Assembly (NCBI GenBank): GCA_964016885.1
Contig: OZ024743.1
Coordinates: 252,526,001 to 252,590,000 of the forward strand
Source of the DNA: Eledone cirrhosa
Lineage: Eukaryota
Direction of reading: 5' to 3'
DNA: 64,000 nt
The translations under genes were made by a program, and so were the position numbers. The notes under the pieces were generated by a model. The model ran no database searches, was not told where the DNA came from, and worked only from the letters and a program-made list of their open reading frames with translations. Positions 11,816 to 24,867 of this stretch are shown here, one piece after another. Numbering within the stretch: position 1 is the first letter of the stretch; the number at the start of each line of letters is the position of its first letter.

Positions 11816-12195
11816 TTAGTGGTTAGAGCATTGGCCTTGCAATCGAAAGGTTGTGAGTTCAATTCTCAGACCGGGTGATATGTTGTTACCTTGAGCAAGA
11901 AACTTTATTTCACATTGCTCCAGTGTTTACTCAACTGTAGAAATGAGATGATAGGACTGCGGTCATTGTCATTCCACTGCAAAGTGGTCGTGGAGGAGCC
12001 ACGGCGAAAAAGCACTCAGCCCACACTGTAAAGTGGACGTGTAGGCGCCACGGAAAAAACCACCCACCACTCACTGTAAATGAGGTTAGTGTTAGGAAGG
12101 GCATCCAGCTGTAGAAATCAAGCCAGAATCAGTTCCTGTCCCACCCTTGCAAGCAGGGAAAAGTTGACGTAAAATGAAATGATGAATGATGATAT
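11812..12195 (+). mobile_element. Family-2 SINE: tRNA head, internal hairpin repeats, RTE 5'-UTR-like motif, RTE 3' tail
   Basis: TGGTTAGTGGTTAGAGC...GAGTTCAATTCTC head; CCTTGAGCAAG core; AGGAAGGGCATCCAGC shared with 18978-18993; tail nearly identical to 22161-22220. Confidence 0.85.
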
Positions 12196-12230
12196 ATATA
12201 TATATATATGTATAAATATATATATATATA

Positions 12231-12425
12231 TAACAAAGGAATTGTGGTAAGGAACCAGATGGCCCATAACGCACCAGAGTACTCAATACTTAGGGTAGTA
12301 GAGTGGGAAGTAGGAAAAAGTATGACCCGACGGCAGAGCTCAAGCCGTTTCGACAGCTATTTCTAGTCCAGAATTAGCTGTCTTAAACGGCTTGAGCTCT
12401 GCCGTCGAGGTCATACTTTTTCCTA
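12231..12425 (+). repeat. Leader-plus-terminal-hairpin element, copy 1
   Basis: ~80-bp leader, then a ~55-bp-arm palindrome TAGGAAAAAGTATGACCCGACGGCAGAGCTCAAGCCG...CGGCTTGAGCTCTGCCGTCGAGGTCATACTTTTTCCTA. (TA)n flanks. Confidence 0.85.
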
Positions 12426-12450
12426 TATATATATATATATATATATATAT

Positions 12451-12621
12451 AATGAAGGAAATGTGGTAAGGAACCAAGTGGACCATAACGCACCAAAGTA
12501 CTCAATACTTAGGGTAGTAGAGTGGGTAATAGGAACAAGTGAGACCCCGACGGCTGAGCTCAATTCAGAATTAGCCGTCGAAATGGCTTGAACTCAGCCG
12601 TCGGGGTCTCACTTGTTCCTA
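12451..12621 (+). repeat. Leader-plus-terminal-hairpin element, copy 2
   Basis: Same leader; arms TAGGAACAAGTGAGACCCCGACGGCTGAG / CTCAGCCGTCGGGGTCTCACTTGTTCCTA. Confidence 0.85.
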
Positions 12622-12850
12622 TATATATATATATATATATAGATATAAGTATGTATACGTACATACATACATGTATACAGATGCACAGTAGTATGTATAT
12701 ATATACATACATGCACACATATATGTATGTACGTATGGGTTCACCGAACATTTATTATAATGTTTGGTTTGTTTGTAAACAAATAGCCCAAATTAAACCA
12801 TACAGTGTCTAGCAACCATCGTTGCCCTTTTGTTCAACACTGACAAAGGA

Positions 12851-12893
12851 ACGATGGACTAGTTTCAAGCTTATTAGCTATCGTCAGCATCGT
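12851..12893 (-). ncRNA. Type-I hammerhead ribozyme, family C, intact core
   Basis: Minus strand: acgatg CTGACGA t-agct-aata-agct-t GAAA ctag TC catcgt. Perfect 6-bp stem I, palindromic ACTAGT stem III, GUC triplet. Confidence 0.88.
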
Positions 12894-13317
12894 ATCCCTT
12901 CCTGTCAGATGATTGAACGTTTGAAAGTATATACTTTCCTTATGCATTTTAATGGCTGAGCAGTCTAATTTGCATATCGAGTGAATTAAACGGCCGTTAT
13001 TACATAGCTAATAAGCTTGAAACTAGTTCATCGTTCCTTTAAACCCATACGTACATGTATCTATGTGTGCATGTATATATATATATATACATACTACTGT
13101 ACCTCTGTATACATATATGTATGTACGTATACATACTTATATTTAAGTAACAGCCGTACTAAGAGTGAAAATGAAATGTTGTTACATTTTTTCTGTTTAT
13201 CGTTTTCGGTACCCCGATCGATTAACTCACTCGATATGCAAATTAGGCTGCTCAGCCGTTAATATGCATAAGGAAAGTATATACTTTCAGACGTTCAACC
13301 ATCTGGCAGGAAGGTAT

Positions 13318-13360
13318 ATGTTGCTGACGATAGCTAATAAGCTTGAAACTAGTACAGCGT
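13318..13360 (+). ncRNA. Type-I hammerhead ribozyme, family C, intact core
   Basis: atgttg CTGACGA tagctaataagctt GAAA ctag TA cagcgt. Stem I is kept through G-U pairs; GUA triplet. Confidence 0.82.
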
Positions 13361-13686
13361 TCCTTTGTCAGTGTTGAACAAACGAGCAACGATGGTTGCT
13401 AGACACTGTATGGCTTAATTCGGGATGTTTGTTTACAAACACACCGAGCATTATAATAAATGTTCCGTGAATCCATACGTACATATATATATGTGTGCAT
13501 GTATGTATATATATATATATATATATATATACATACTACTGTACGTCTGTATACATATATGTATGTACGTATACATACTTATATTTAAGTAACAGCCGTA
13601 CTAAGAGTGAGAAATGAAATTCCGTTTCCATTTATATACATATGTATATAAATGGAAACGTTTCCATTTATATACACGTTTCCATT

Positions 13687-14493
<807 letters not shown>

Positions 14494-14496
<3 letters not shown>

Positions 14497-14712
14497 GGAA
14501 AAGATTCAGGACCCCGACAGCTGAGCTCCAGCTGTTTCGACAGCTAGATGCAAACAGTTTTGGATCTAGCTGTTCGGATCTAGCTGTCAAAACAGCCGGA
14601 ACTCAGCCGTCAGGGTCCCGAATCTTTTCCTATTACCCTCTCTACTACCCTAAGTAATGAGTACTCTGGTGTGTTATGGTCCACCTGGTTTCTTACCTCA
14701 CTTTCTTTGTTT
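14494..14712 (-). repeat. Leader-plus-terminal-hairpin element, copy 3
   Basis: Leader at 14632-14712 is the reverse complement of the 12231/12451 leaders. Hairpin TAGGAAAAGATTCAGGACCCCGACAGCTGAG...CTCAGCCGTCAGGGTCCCGAATCTTTTCCTA. Confidence 0.85.
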
Positions 14713-14734
14713 TATATATATATAACCCATGTTC

Positions 14735-14852
14735 CATGTCCCACCCTTGCAAACAGGGAAATGTGGACCTAAAATGATGATGATGATGATGATGCTCCGT
14801 CTAACCCATGCTAGCATGGAAGATGGACGTGAAACGAAGATGATGATGATGA

Positions 14853-14855
<3 letters not shown>
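14735..14855 (+). mobile_element. Two consecutive minimal RTE/SINE 3' tails
   Basis: GTCCCACCCTTGCAAACAGGG...GGAC(GAT)n followed by CGTCTAACCCATGCTAGCATGG...GGACG(GAT)n. Confidence 0.75.
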
Positions 14856-14889
<34 letters not shown>

Positions 14890-15541
14890 TACATATATAT
14901 ATATATATATATACATACATTTATATATACATACAAATAACTAACATTGCTCTACATGGCTGAATACAAGAAATGTAGATCTGAGTTTTTCGAATATTAA
15001 TAATAATATTCGATTCTTTTGCAATTATGCAAACAGCCTCTTAAGCCATATAAGTAGAATGACCCATACAAATATATATATACATATATATAAATATACA
15101 AATATACATACACACACATATTTACATATATATTTTGGAGTTAGAAAGGGCATCCAACTGTAGAAATCAAGCCCAAATAAGTTCTGTATGTGCAAGACAT
15201 GGTCACCTGACCTGGCATTGGCCACAGCAGGACAACCTGTCTAATCCATGCTAGCATGGACGTAAACCGGTGATGATGTTGATGATGATTTTATGTATAT
15301 GAAAAATCAACAAATATCAACAACACAGGACAACAATACAGTACAATGATGATATATATTAGTATAGTTAAAACAAAGCATTTTAACATTAATAAATGAC
15401 TGATAAGTTTCGGAAAGCTGGTACAATGCAGTAGAAACATAAAAATGCACAAAGTGGATTGGCCACTATAATGACTCAATGCATGCATATTTCAAACATG
15501 TAGACCAGTTATGATAAAACACATTGATCGCTCATTTTTGA

Positions 15542-16432
15542 CTAGCTGGGGTACCCAGCTTTGCCTGGGTAAACAGATGATATTCGAAGACTGGTAGAAG
15601 AGAAAACAACTGTATTGGATGTGTTGTCTAGTTTACAGTATCAAATGAGGCTGTGGTGTGACAAAAGAAAATAAATGAGTCAAAAATCTTCCAGAAAAAT
15701 CAGATTCTTTGTTTTAGCATTTGTGCATAGTATATGACGATTTCTAGGTGTTCCCACTCATGAACAACCACGATATAACTGTCCATTGGTAAAAACCAAT
15801 TGTCTTATATTCAATACTACAACTTTGAGACTCTAACCCTGAGGTTTATTCATGATCATAACAAAACTGGCTCTAACAGGGAACTGAAGTCTTGAGAATT
15901 TGAAAAGCAGCTTGGTAGAGAAAGAATGAGAAGAATCTTAGGAATAAATGCATTTTCTTGATGATTGCCTCCAAGAATAATGACTTCTAGGAGATGGCTC
16001 ATCATCCACACGTGAATTAAGCATGTGCCATTGCATAGATGTGGCAGGTCCAAATTTCTCAAAATGATATTGGGTGTTCCAATATTTTAGATTATATATA
16101 TAGATATAAACAATTATACATGTGTATCTGTGTGTGTGCAAACCAGCATTTAAATCCATGGAGACACTGACCGTGATACATGAGTATTGCTGACAATGCA
16201 GAGAGAATCCCTTATGGTTGTCTCTCATCCTGCTAGAAATAACAATCGGGTTGGTTAGCATATCCAGGATGTTTTCTTCTTTTTTTATGTTATAAAATGA
16301 GTATCAATAAGCCTTTCTGAGTATAGCCTTATTCCATTAGTATACTTACCTTTCAATTGTCAGTTTTCGTTTTTGTGTGATGTGTGAAAACCAGCCAACC
16401 AACCAATAAACATCTCTTATATTATATATAGA
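15542..16432 (-). mobile_element. Non-autonomous Helitron with Pif1-helicase remnant
   Basis: Minus strand: 5' A^TCTATATATAATATAAG at 16432; 3' hairpin ACCCAG-GCAAAG-CTGGGT then CTAG^T at 15542. 15740-15855 encodes a decayed NKPQG*SLKVVVLN...VFTNGQLYRGCS*VG. Confidence 0.75.
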
Positions 16433-16591
16433 TTTGAACCATTTTATTTTCACATATGAAAAGATGGTAATAGCCCTGAAATATGTTAAAATACGCTGGG
16501 TAAAACATTATTCTGTTTTATTTTCATCTTTTGTTCTTTATATATTTCTACCACATTGTACTGGCTTTCTGAAACTAATCAGTCATTTATT

Positions 16592-16655
<64 letters not shown>

Positions 16656-16657
16656 TT

Positions 16658-17056
16658 AATAAATGTAATCTGAGTTTTTCGAATATTGATAATAACATTA
16701 GATTTGTTTGCAATTATACAAACAAGCCTCAATTTTATAGCCATATCAGTAGAATGAACCCTTCATTCTTGCTCTTGTGTTGGCATGTGAACAGAACTGT
16801 AGATACTAATGTTTCTGGGTATCACCCTTCATCAGTACAGCTCACTGTTCACCTGCCAAACTGTCAGAGCTAGTGAAAATATATGTATCTGCAGTTCTGT
16901 TCACATGCCAACACAAGAGCAAGAATGAAGGGTTCATTCTACTGACATGGCTTTAAAAATGAGGCTTGTTTGTATGATTGCAAACGAATCGAATGTTATT
17001 ATTAATATTCAAAAAACTCAGATTACATTTATTGTATTCAGCCATGTAGAGCGAAA

Positions 17057-17060
<4 letters not shown>
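16658..17060. mobile_element. TA-flanked hammerhead element with ~150-bp inverted repeat
   Basis: 16658-16806 is the reverse complement of 16885-17033. A further fragment of the family lies at ~14948-15064. Confidence 0.8.
16780..16859 (-). ncRNA. Type-I hammerhead ribozyme, family D, long stem I
   Basis: Minus strand: ttggcaggtgaacagtgagctgta CTGATGA a-gggt-gat-accc-a GAAA c-atta-g TA tctacagttctgttcacatgccaa. About 20-bp bulged stem I; GUA triplet. Confidence 0.8.
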
Positions 17061-17094
<34 letters not shown>

Positions 17095-17212
17095 GGATAC
17101 TATTTATAGTTATGTATATTTTAAACTATAAACAGGGAAGGTCAGTAATTTATTACTACCTTATTACCAGTAAGATAAATAGCTCAATGTAAGAACATCA
17201 GTGTAAGAACAA

Positions 17213-17255
<43 letters not shown>

Positions 17256-17835
17256 ATAATAAGTTGACGGGACTAGCATGAAGTTTCCCTGCTAGTACCG
17301 ATTGCATCTCAGCATACTCAATAGGTAAGGTTTTGTAAAAATCCCAGAGTAGACATTAGACATAAAGTTATTTGCCTCAATACAACACACGTAAATGGGT
17401 GCCATAAATTTATACCTGTACTCGAGTTTCGGCCACACTATATATATATAGAGAGAGATAAATAGATCGAGAGATAGGTAAATTTAAAAGAGTCAAAGTC
17501 ATTGTTGCAGCATATGTTCAAACTTTAGTTGTATATTACAATTGTTTCAATATTGATCAACTCAAGGTACAATCAAGGTGACATGGCCCGAATCTTTTTT
17601 GACTTATTGTTAGATATGCAAGCTTACATGTGCAAAGACACACCTAACTAACATATATATCTATATTTATCAATTTATCTTATCATCATCATTGTTTAAT
17701 GTCAATTTTCAATGCTAACATGGATTATCTATCTATCTTTCTTTCTCTCTCTCTCTTTCTATATATATATATACATTCTACTGTATCTGTCTATACATCT
17801 ATCTATATCCCTCCTTATAAATATATATATGTATA

Positions 17836-18070
17836 ACTCAATGGAATCAATATCCTCCAAGAGACCAGTGTCTGTCCTTAGGGCACCAACATATGTTAAC
17901 TTCGGTCTTCCTCTTCCAGTTTGTCCATGCAGGGGCTCCCACAGGAGCACTGAGTGCAGTGTCAACTTTGAGCTGACTTTTGTGTCACTTTTGAGCTGAC
18001 TTTTGGGTGGCTCCCGTACAGCTCTGAGTTCTTCATCCTCAGTGTATGGATCTCGGGAATTTTACCCACC
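17836..18070 (-). pseudogene. 3' fragment of another RTE-group LINE
   Basis: LHSVLLWEPLHGQTGRGRPKLTYVGALRTDTGL contains the RTE-type C-terminal GRP motif. Confidence 0.6.
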
Positions 18071-18102
18071 CTAGATAGATATATATATATAAAATAATAA
18101 TA

Positions 18103-18596
18103 ATTAGGCTGATTTGACAGAGGCAGAATAAGATAAGTTGAGATTTTTGTCAATTTCCTTCTTTCGATGTTTATTTATATATATAGATATATGTACTATT
18201 GTCTATTTGTTTTTATATAACTGTTAATATATATATGTGTGTTGTGAACATACATATATTCTTAATGGAAAAATTGGTCATATATAGAGTAGTTGTGTTT
18301 TTTAAAGTAACATAGGCTAGGAAATCGTGGTTCCTAGCAATGTAAAACAAACATGCGAAATCTTAAAATTTTACATTAGGCTGATTTAACAAAGGTAGGA
18401 TAAGATTAGTTGAGATTTTGTCAATTTCCTTCTTTCAATGTTTATTTATATATATAGATATATATATTATTGTATGTTTGTTTTTATATAACTGTTAATG
18501 TATATGTGTGTGTTGTGTACATACATATATTCCTAACGGAAAAATTGGTCATATATAGCGTAGCCATGTGTTAAATATCATAGGCTAGGAAATCGC
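18103..18596. repeat. Tandem duplication, period ~272 bp
   Basis: ATTAGGCTGATTT...CATAGGCTAGGAAATCG occurs at 18103-18327 and 18376-18595. Confidence 0.85.
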
Positions 18597-18639
18597 CATT
18601 TTCATCCCACCCATCCACCCTATACCTATCACCTTCCGG

Positions 18640-21600
18640 TATGCATGCTTGACGCTGTGCGCTAAACACTCATGCACATAACATGTTAAACAGAGTTCCG
18701 CTCAGCGCATACACGGGGCGGACGGAGGCTCCATAAGCCATAGCGTAGGCAACACATCTAGGAGAGCTACCACTCCGAATAAATTGGTGCGGGGTAGAAA
18801 AGTCCCCTAAGTACAGTAAGACAACTTCCCTAGTACTGCTGGCATGAATAAAAGCACCCAGTCCATGCTGTAAAATGGAGGGGTGGATAGGGCCCCTGAG
18901 TCCAGTAAGACGACCTCTCTAGTGCTGGTGGCATTAATAAAAGCACACAGTCCATGCTGTAAAGTTGTACTGGTGTTAGGAAGGGCATCCAGCCAGTATA
19001 TATACTACTGCCAAAAACTATGAGAATTGCAACAAATGAGAATTGCAACAACTGCGTAAACAGCAATAACACTAACCATGTTAGGGCTACGCACGGTAGT
19101 GGGGTGGCTGGTGCGGCCATGTGCGAGAACCCCCTGACCATCAGCAAGCAATCGCACAATAGGAAGAACAAGAACAAGAATATGAAGATGTCACATCTCA
19201 AAGTTGCCACACTTAATGTTGGCACTCTAACAGGTAGATCTGGAGAGGTAGTTGAGATGCTGGAGAGAACGCATGTGGATGTGTGCTGTGTGCAAGAGGT
19301 GTGATGGAAAGGTGCCTCAGCAAGACTAATTGCAGGCAAACATCTTATTTATAAGCTTTTCTGGGTGGGTAATGATGATGAGTTAGGTGGGGTGGGCATT
19401 TTACTAGCTGAGAGATGGATCGATAAGACAATAGAGGTAGTTAGAGTTAGTAATAGAATAATTAAGCTTAGATTAGTTGTAGGCAAGAGACTACTGACAA
19501 TCATCTCTGCCTATGCTCCCCAGGCAGGCCTAGGTAAAGACGAGAAAGACTGCTTTTATGAGCAAATTTTACAGACAGCCACAATGACAGAAGACGGAGA
19601 CATCGTTATGTAAGTAGGGAACTTCAATGGTCATGTTGGACAGTTCCAGGATGGATACACTGGGGTACTTCGTGGGCACGGTTTCGGCTCAAGAAATGAA
19701 GAAGTGTGAGGCTTCTTGAATTTTGTGATGCAAGTGCACTAACCATTTGCAACATTAACTTCAAGAATCCTACCAACCACCTAATAACCTTCAAATCAGG
19801 TGACATTGACTTCCTGCTAGTTAGACAGCGAGACAGACAGTTGGTGTCAAATACTAAGGCATAACCCGGGGAAGAATGTACCCCACAGCATTGGTTAGTA
19901 GTTAGTGATATCTCAGTAAGCAAGAGGTAGAATGAGACATACAGGAAGGTGTGGAAAAGAAAGGTCAGGAAGCTAAAAGACCTTCACTAAGATATGAATT
20001 TAGAAAAGCCCTTCAAGATGTGTATGATGAAAAAGAAGACGATTCAGAGTCGTCTGACATAGATGATAGCTGGAATTTCTTACGTGACAACTTACTGCAG
20101 AAACTTGTGGATGGAACAGAGCTCCAACTAGATAGAGAGTGACCTGGTGGTGGAATAGCACATTAGATAGGGCCATTAGAGACAAAAGACTAGCATGGGA
20201 TGCTTGGGAAAATGGTGGGAGTAGAGAAAATTACACAGAAGCTAAGAGAGAAGCTAGACGTCAGGTGTACATAGCACGCAGGGAGGCTGAGAGTAGGAGG
20301 TTTGACAATGTTCTGCGATGGGAAGATTAGAGACGTGCGGTGTTCCACATTGCAAGGCAGTGTGTCAGTGCAAATCAGGATGTTGTTGCAGATAAGTGTG
20401 TCCGGAATGATGCCGGTGTACTTAGTGTCATGAATGATAAAAAAAAGGAGGCCTGGAAATGTCATTATGAGAGACTGATGAATGTGGAGAATGAATAGGA
20501 GAGAGAGAAATTACCCCCAGTAGACCCGACAGAGCGACCAGCTATTGAGATTGACGAATATAGAGTCCAAGAGCCAATTAACGAAATGAAAAATGGTAAG
20601 GCTGCTGGACTGTCGGGGATAGTTGCTGAGATGCTGAAGGCATCAGGAGAAGTACGCAGTAAACTGGTTGCATGCATCATCAATCAAGCTATATATGGTG
20701 GTGTCATACCCAAAGACTGGTGCAGCAATATTCTCATAAATTGCTACAAAGGTAAAAGGGATGCTCTGGAGAGGAGTTATTATAGGGGTATAAAGCTGAT
20801 GAATCAAGTTATGAAAGTGGCAGAGAGAATATTAGTGCATTGATTAGAGAAAGGGTCAAATTAGATGAGATGCAGTTTGGTTTTGTGCTTCGGAAAAGTA
20901 CAATAGATGCCCTCTTCTTAGTGAGACAACTACAAGAGAGGTTCTTAGAGAAGAATAAGCCACTATACTTAGCCTTTGTTGACCTAGAGAAGGCCTTTGA
21001 TAGGGTACCCCGATCCGTCATCTGGTGGTCCCTAAGGAAACTAGGTGTAGAGGAATGGCTTGCGAGGACAGTGCAAGCTGTGTACAGGGGTGCTGTCAGT
21101 AAAGTGAGAATAGGAATGGAGTTTAGTGAGGAATTCAAGATACAGGTAGGTGTACATCAGGGTTCGGTCCTCAGCCCGTTCTTGTTCATTATAGTCCTCC
21201 AAGCCATAACAGAGGTGTTTAAGACTGGCTGCCCAGGAGAACTTCTCGATGCTGATGATCTGGTTCTTATAGCAGAATTAGTAGTGGAGCTAGAGAATAA
21301 ATACTGGCTATGGAAACAGCAGTTGGAATCAAGAGGACTGAGAGTGAATAAAGCTAAGACACAAGTGTTGATAAGTAGAAGAGAGGACAAAACTCTGATT
21401 CCAACAGGGAAATGACCATGTTCGATATGTAGAAAAGGAACTGGCATAAATTCTATAAAATGTACGCAATGCATATCTTGGGTACACAAGAGATGTAGTT
21501 AGATAGCAGGAAAACTACGTATGCAATAGATATACAGGGAAAGTTGGCAGCAGTAATCGCAGTGATAGACACATTTTTCCAATGCAGGTGGGTTCTATAG

Positions 21601-22225
21601 AAGATGTTGATAGCTTCTGGTACCTTGGTTATCAGATTAGAGGTGGGTGTTCCAAGACCATAGTATCTAGAATAAGGACGGGGTGGAAGAAGGTTAGGAA
21701 GTTGCTTCTTCTGTTGACAAAGAAAGGTTTCTCCCTGCATACGAAAGGCCGGTTATATGATGCCTGTGTGAGATGCGTGATGCTGCATGGTAGTGAGACA
21801 TGGGCAGCAACGGCAGAGGATATGCAACTGCTGGAGAGAAATGAAGCAAGCATGCTCCATTGGATGTGCAATGTCAATGTGTGTGAATGACCAAGCATAG
21901 ACGAGTTGAGAAAGAAACTGTGTATAAGAGGGATAAGTTGTGGTGTGCAGGAGAGAAGACTGAGATGGTATGGACATGTGATGTGCATGAATGATGACCG
22001 CTGAGTAAAGAAGTGCCAAGGAATCCCAGTAGAAGGACGATGCAGTAGAGGAAGACCACAAAAAACATGGGTGGAGGTGGTTAAAGCAGACCTCAGATCG
22101 CTGAAACTCACAGAGATGATGAAGAACCGTGACAAGTGGAGCGATGCTGTGCTGAATAGGACCTGTCCCACCCTTTCAAGCAGGGAAAATCGGACTTAAA
22201 ATGATGATGATGATGATAATGATGA
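18640..22225 (+). mobile_element. Near full-length, inactivated RTE LINE (5' UTR, APE endonuclease, RT, PHD-type finger, 3' tail)
   Basis: Colinear ORF pieces: TLNVGTLTGR...[81 protein letters not shown]. Many stops and frameshifts; (GAT)n tail. 5' boundary approximate. Confidence 0.93.
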
Positions 22226-22487
22226 TATATATAGAAATTTATGGGTGAAAGAAGTAAAACAGTTGATGAACACTTGAAGCAATATAGGGAAGCCCTCATC
22301 TTGCAGCGGACAGATAATGAATAAGAATTGTCTATTCTTAGAAGTATAATTTCAATAGCTCCATCCACTTTACATCATAGAGAAAATTTATTTAATATTC
22401 AGCTACTATATACCAAATATAATAAAGCAATTTGTGATATAGATTGACCAAATATATATGGATAGAAAGATCTCCCAGCCTGTTTAA

Positions 22488-22731
22488 CCCTTTCATTACC
22501 ACATTTTTAATGCAAGACACTGCCTCTGACTTAGCAATTAATCCAGAACTTCGAAGGATTTAATCAGATAACTATTCTTTTTATTATTAAACCTGCTTTT
22601 GATGCTTAACTTGACAAATATTTTACATAAAATGTTGATGAAACTTTTTAAAATAAATATAAGCACTTTAAAATAAACATCCTTGCATAACAGAACTAAA
22701 GACAGTTTCATGTGCTTTGGTAAAGAAAGGG
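22488..22731. mobile_element. piggyBac-type MITE (244 bp)
   Basis: TTAA on both sides; TIRs CCCTTTCATTACCA / TGGTAAAGAAAGGG (13 of 14 match). Confidence 0.8.
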
Positions 22732-24867
22732 TTAAATTAGTGAGTGGGATGTCAATAGAGAGTGACATTGTTGCTAATAGGCTTTTCAAGCAAGCAGCAT
22801 GCTAGAGTAATTTGGTGAATCATGTGTTTATAATTTGTTCAACTTAAAAAATATACACACACCTTGATTTCATTGATAGCCCCCAGCTTATTCATAGCAA
22901 ATATGGCTCAAACAGGGTGAAAGGAGATTCCATATATATTTAAAATATTAGTATGTACAAACAGCCATTTTCTCTTTATACAGCACATCTAGCACGCTTT
23001 AGCAGATTGACTCAAAATATATGTGTGTGCTTGGTATATTGCCAAGGACAGTGGTCACTGGATCATACTGCCATCAATCCTTCAATATTACCCCCTTACT
23101 CCACCACCACCATAGATTTCAAACAAAACTACAGTGATATACTTATTCTGAAATTTTGCCTTAGAATTTTTGTGAATTAAAATAGGCACCCAGTATGTTC
23201 TGAAGACTAGCAATACCAAAACTCGATGTGGATGTGGGGGGGCATATGTGCATGTATGTATGTATATATTTATGTATCTATGTATGTGTGTATGTATGTA
23301 TGTATGTATGTATGTATGTATGTATGTATGTATGTATGTATGTATGTATGTATGTATGGGCATACTTGTAGGAGAAGTCAATCCAGGAAACTTGGATAAC
23401 TCCAACATAAAACCTGTGGCTCAGTAGTTACCGATGATGTTGATCTTTTCTTCTCTTCGGGTTATAGCTACTGTCATTCAGAGAGTGGGATTGGCTCAGT
23501 GCACATTCTTTCCTCACTTTAAAAATAATCTTCACGCACAGACATTGCACAATAGAATTAATTGATAATTAATGTTATATCATGCAATGGCCATATTCAA
23601 TAATGAGGGGGCAGCCATCATCATGTATGTATGTGTGTGTGTGTGCATGCATATATGTCTTGCATTTTAAATTCATGATCAGGCTGTTCTGTTGGCCAGA
23701 AAACCTCATCACTCATTGTAGGAACCGACAGAGGTCTAACTACAACAAGAAATCTTCTGCAATAAAAATGTCCTCATTGTGATTATTACTCAGAGTAAAT
23801 CTCAAATTGAATGTTGTTGTTTTCCTATGTATTTCATGTTTATACAGTCCCCATCATTGGGAATTCATGTAGCCAAGGCACCAAAACAGGCTTAATTAAG
23901 CCCAAAATGAGGATCTTTTTCAGGCAATATTTTATAGTTAGATTCTGTTTCTAGCTCCAACCATTATAGTTGCATTTCATGATATACAAAGATACACTGC
24001 ACCCATACTAAATCTGATACGCACAATAAAAGAAATGATTATTTTTATTAGTAATATATTATTATCATTATTATATTATTATTATTATAATTATTATTGT
24101 TGTTGTTATTATTATTAATGTATTATCATCCTTGTTATCATTATCTCTTTTACTATTATTATTATTATTATTATTGTTATTAATATCATTAATATTATTA
24201 CTATTTTATGTCATATTTATAATTTCTTCATTTATGTTTCCAGTTATTAACTTTATTTCTGCTAAGCAGAGTTGGCATCAACAATTCTTAAAGAAATGTA
24301 TTTTAATCACCGCAATATAGTGAAATATATCATACAATTAAATTCAGTTAAAATGTTGTCAATATGGCCGAATAGATAGATAATGAAAGGGAGAGACAGC
24401 GGGAGAGAGACAGAGATAGAGTGGGAGTGAGTGTAGTGAAAGTGGTAGCAATAGATGGGCGAAGGGTGAAGAGTGAGAGGGAACGGAGAAGGATATTATA
24501 TGCGAGTCAATTGGTTAATGTTGCAAGGAAAGACAAATGATGCAGAAATAAAGAACAATATATTTATATAAACGTTAGTCACGTGACCATCGTGATTGTC
24601 GTGATCAACGTGATCGGTGTAATGTTCAGATAGTCCAGTGTAATGAGGCGGTAATTTATCGTCATAACTGACATCATAAACTTTCACTGTGTGAAAGTGA
24701 GAGATGGAGAATGATACAAAGAGAGACAAAGATAGCGAGAGTGACAGAAAGAGCAAGTGAGTAAGAGAAAGAGATGAGAGACATGCAGAAATAAAGAGAG
24801 AGAGACAGATAGAGAGAGAGAACTTTAAATATTGGTATTTCATTGGTCTATATATATGTGAACTCGA

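Noticed and set aside
11812-11880. tRNA gene
   Set aside because: It is a SINE head with A/B boxes, no complete cloverleaf, and continues into the SINE body.
16570-16591. GAAACTAATCAGTC resembling a hammerhead 3' half (also at ~15400, minus strand)
   Set aside because: Neither copy has CUGANGA or a stem II upstream.
18690-18810. HDV-like or twister ribozyme in the RTE 5' UTR
   Set aside because: The region is GC-rich with small hairpins, but I could not assign the nested pseudoknot or twister consensus by eye.
24575-24665. CpG-rich patch with GTCACGTGAC as a promoter element
   Set aside because: No associated gene. It looks like short CGTGA repeats within a dispersed repeat.
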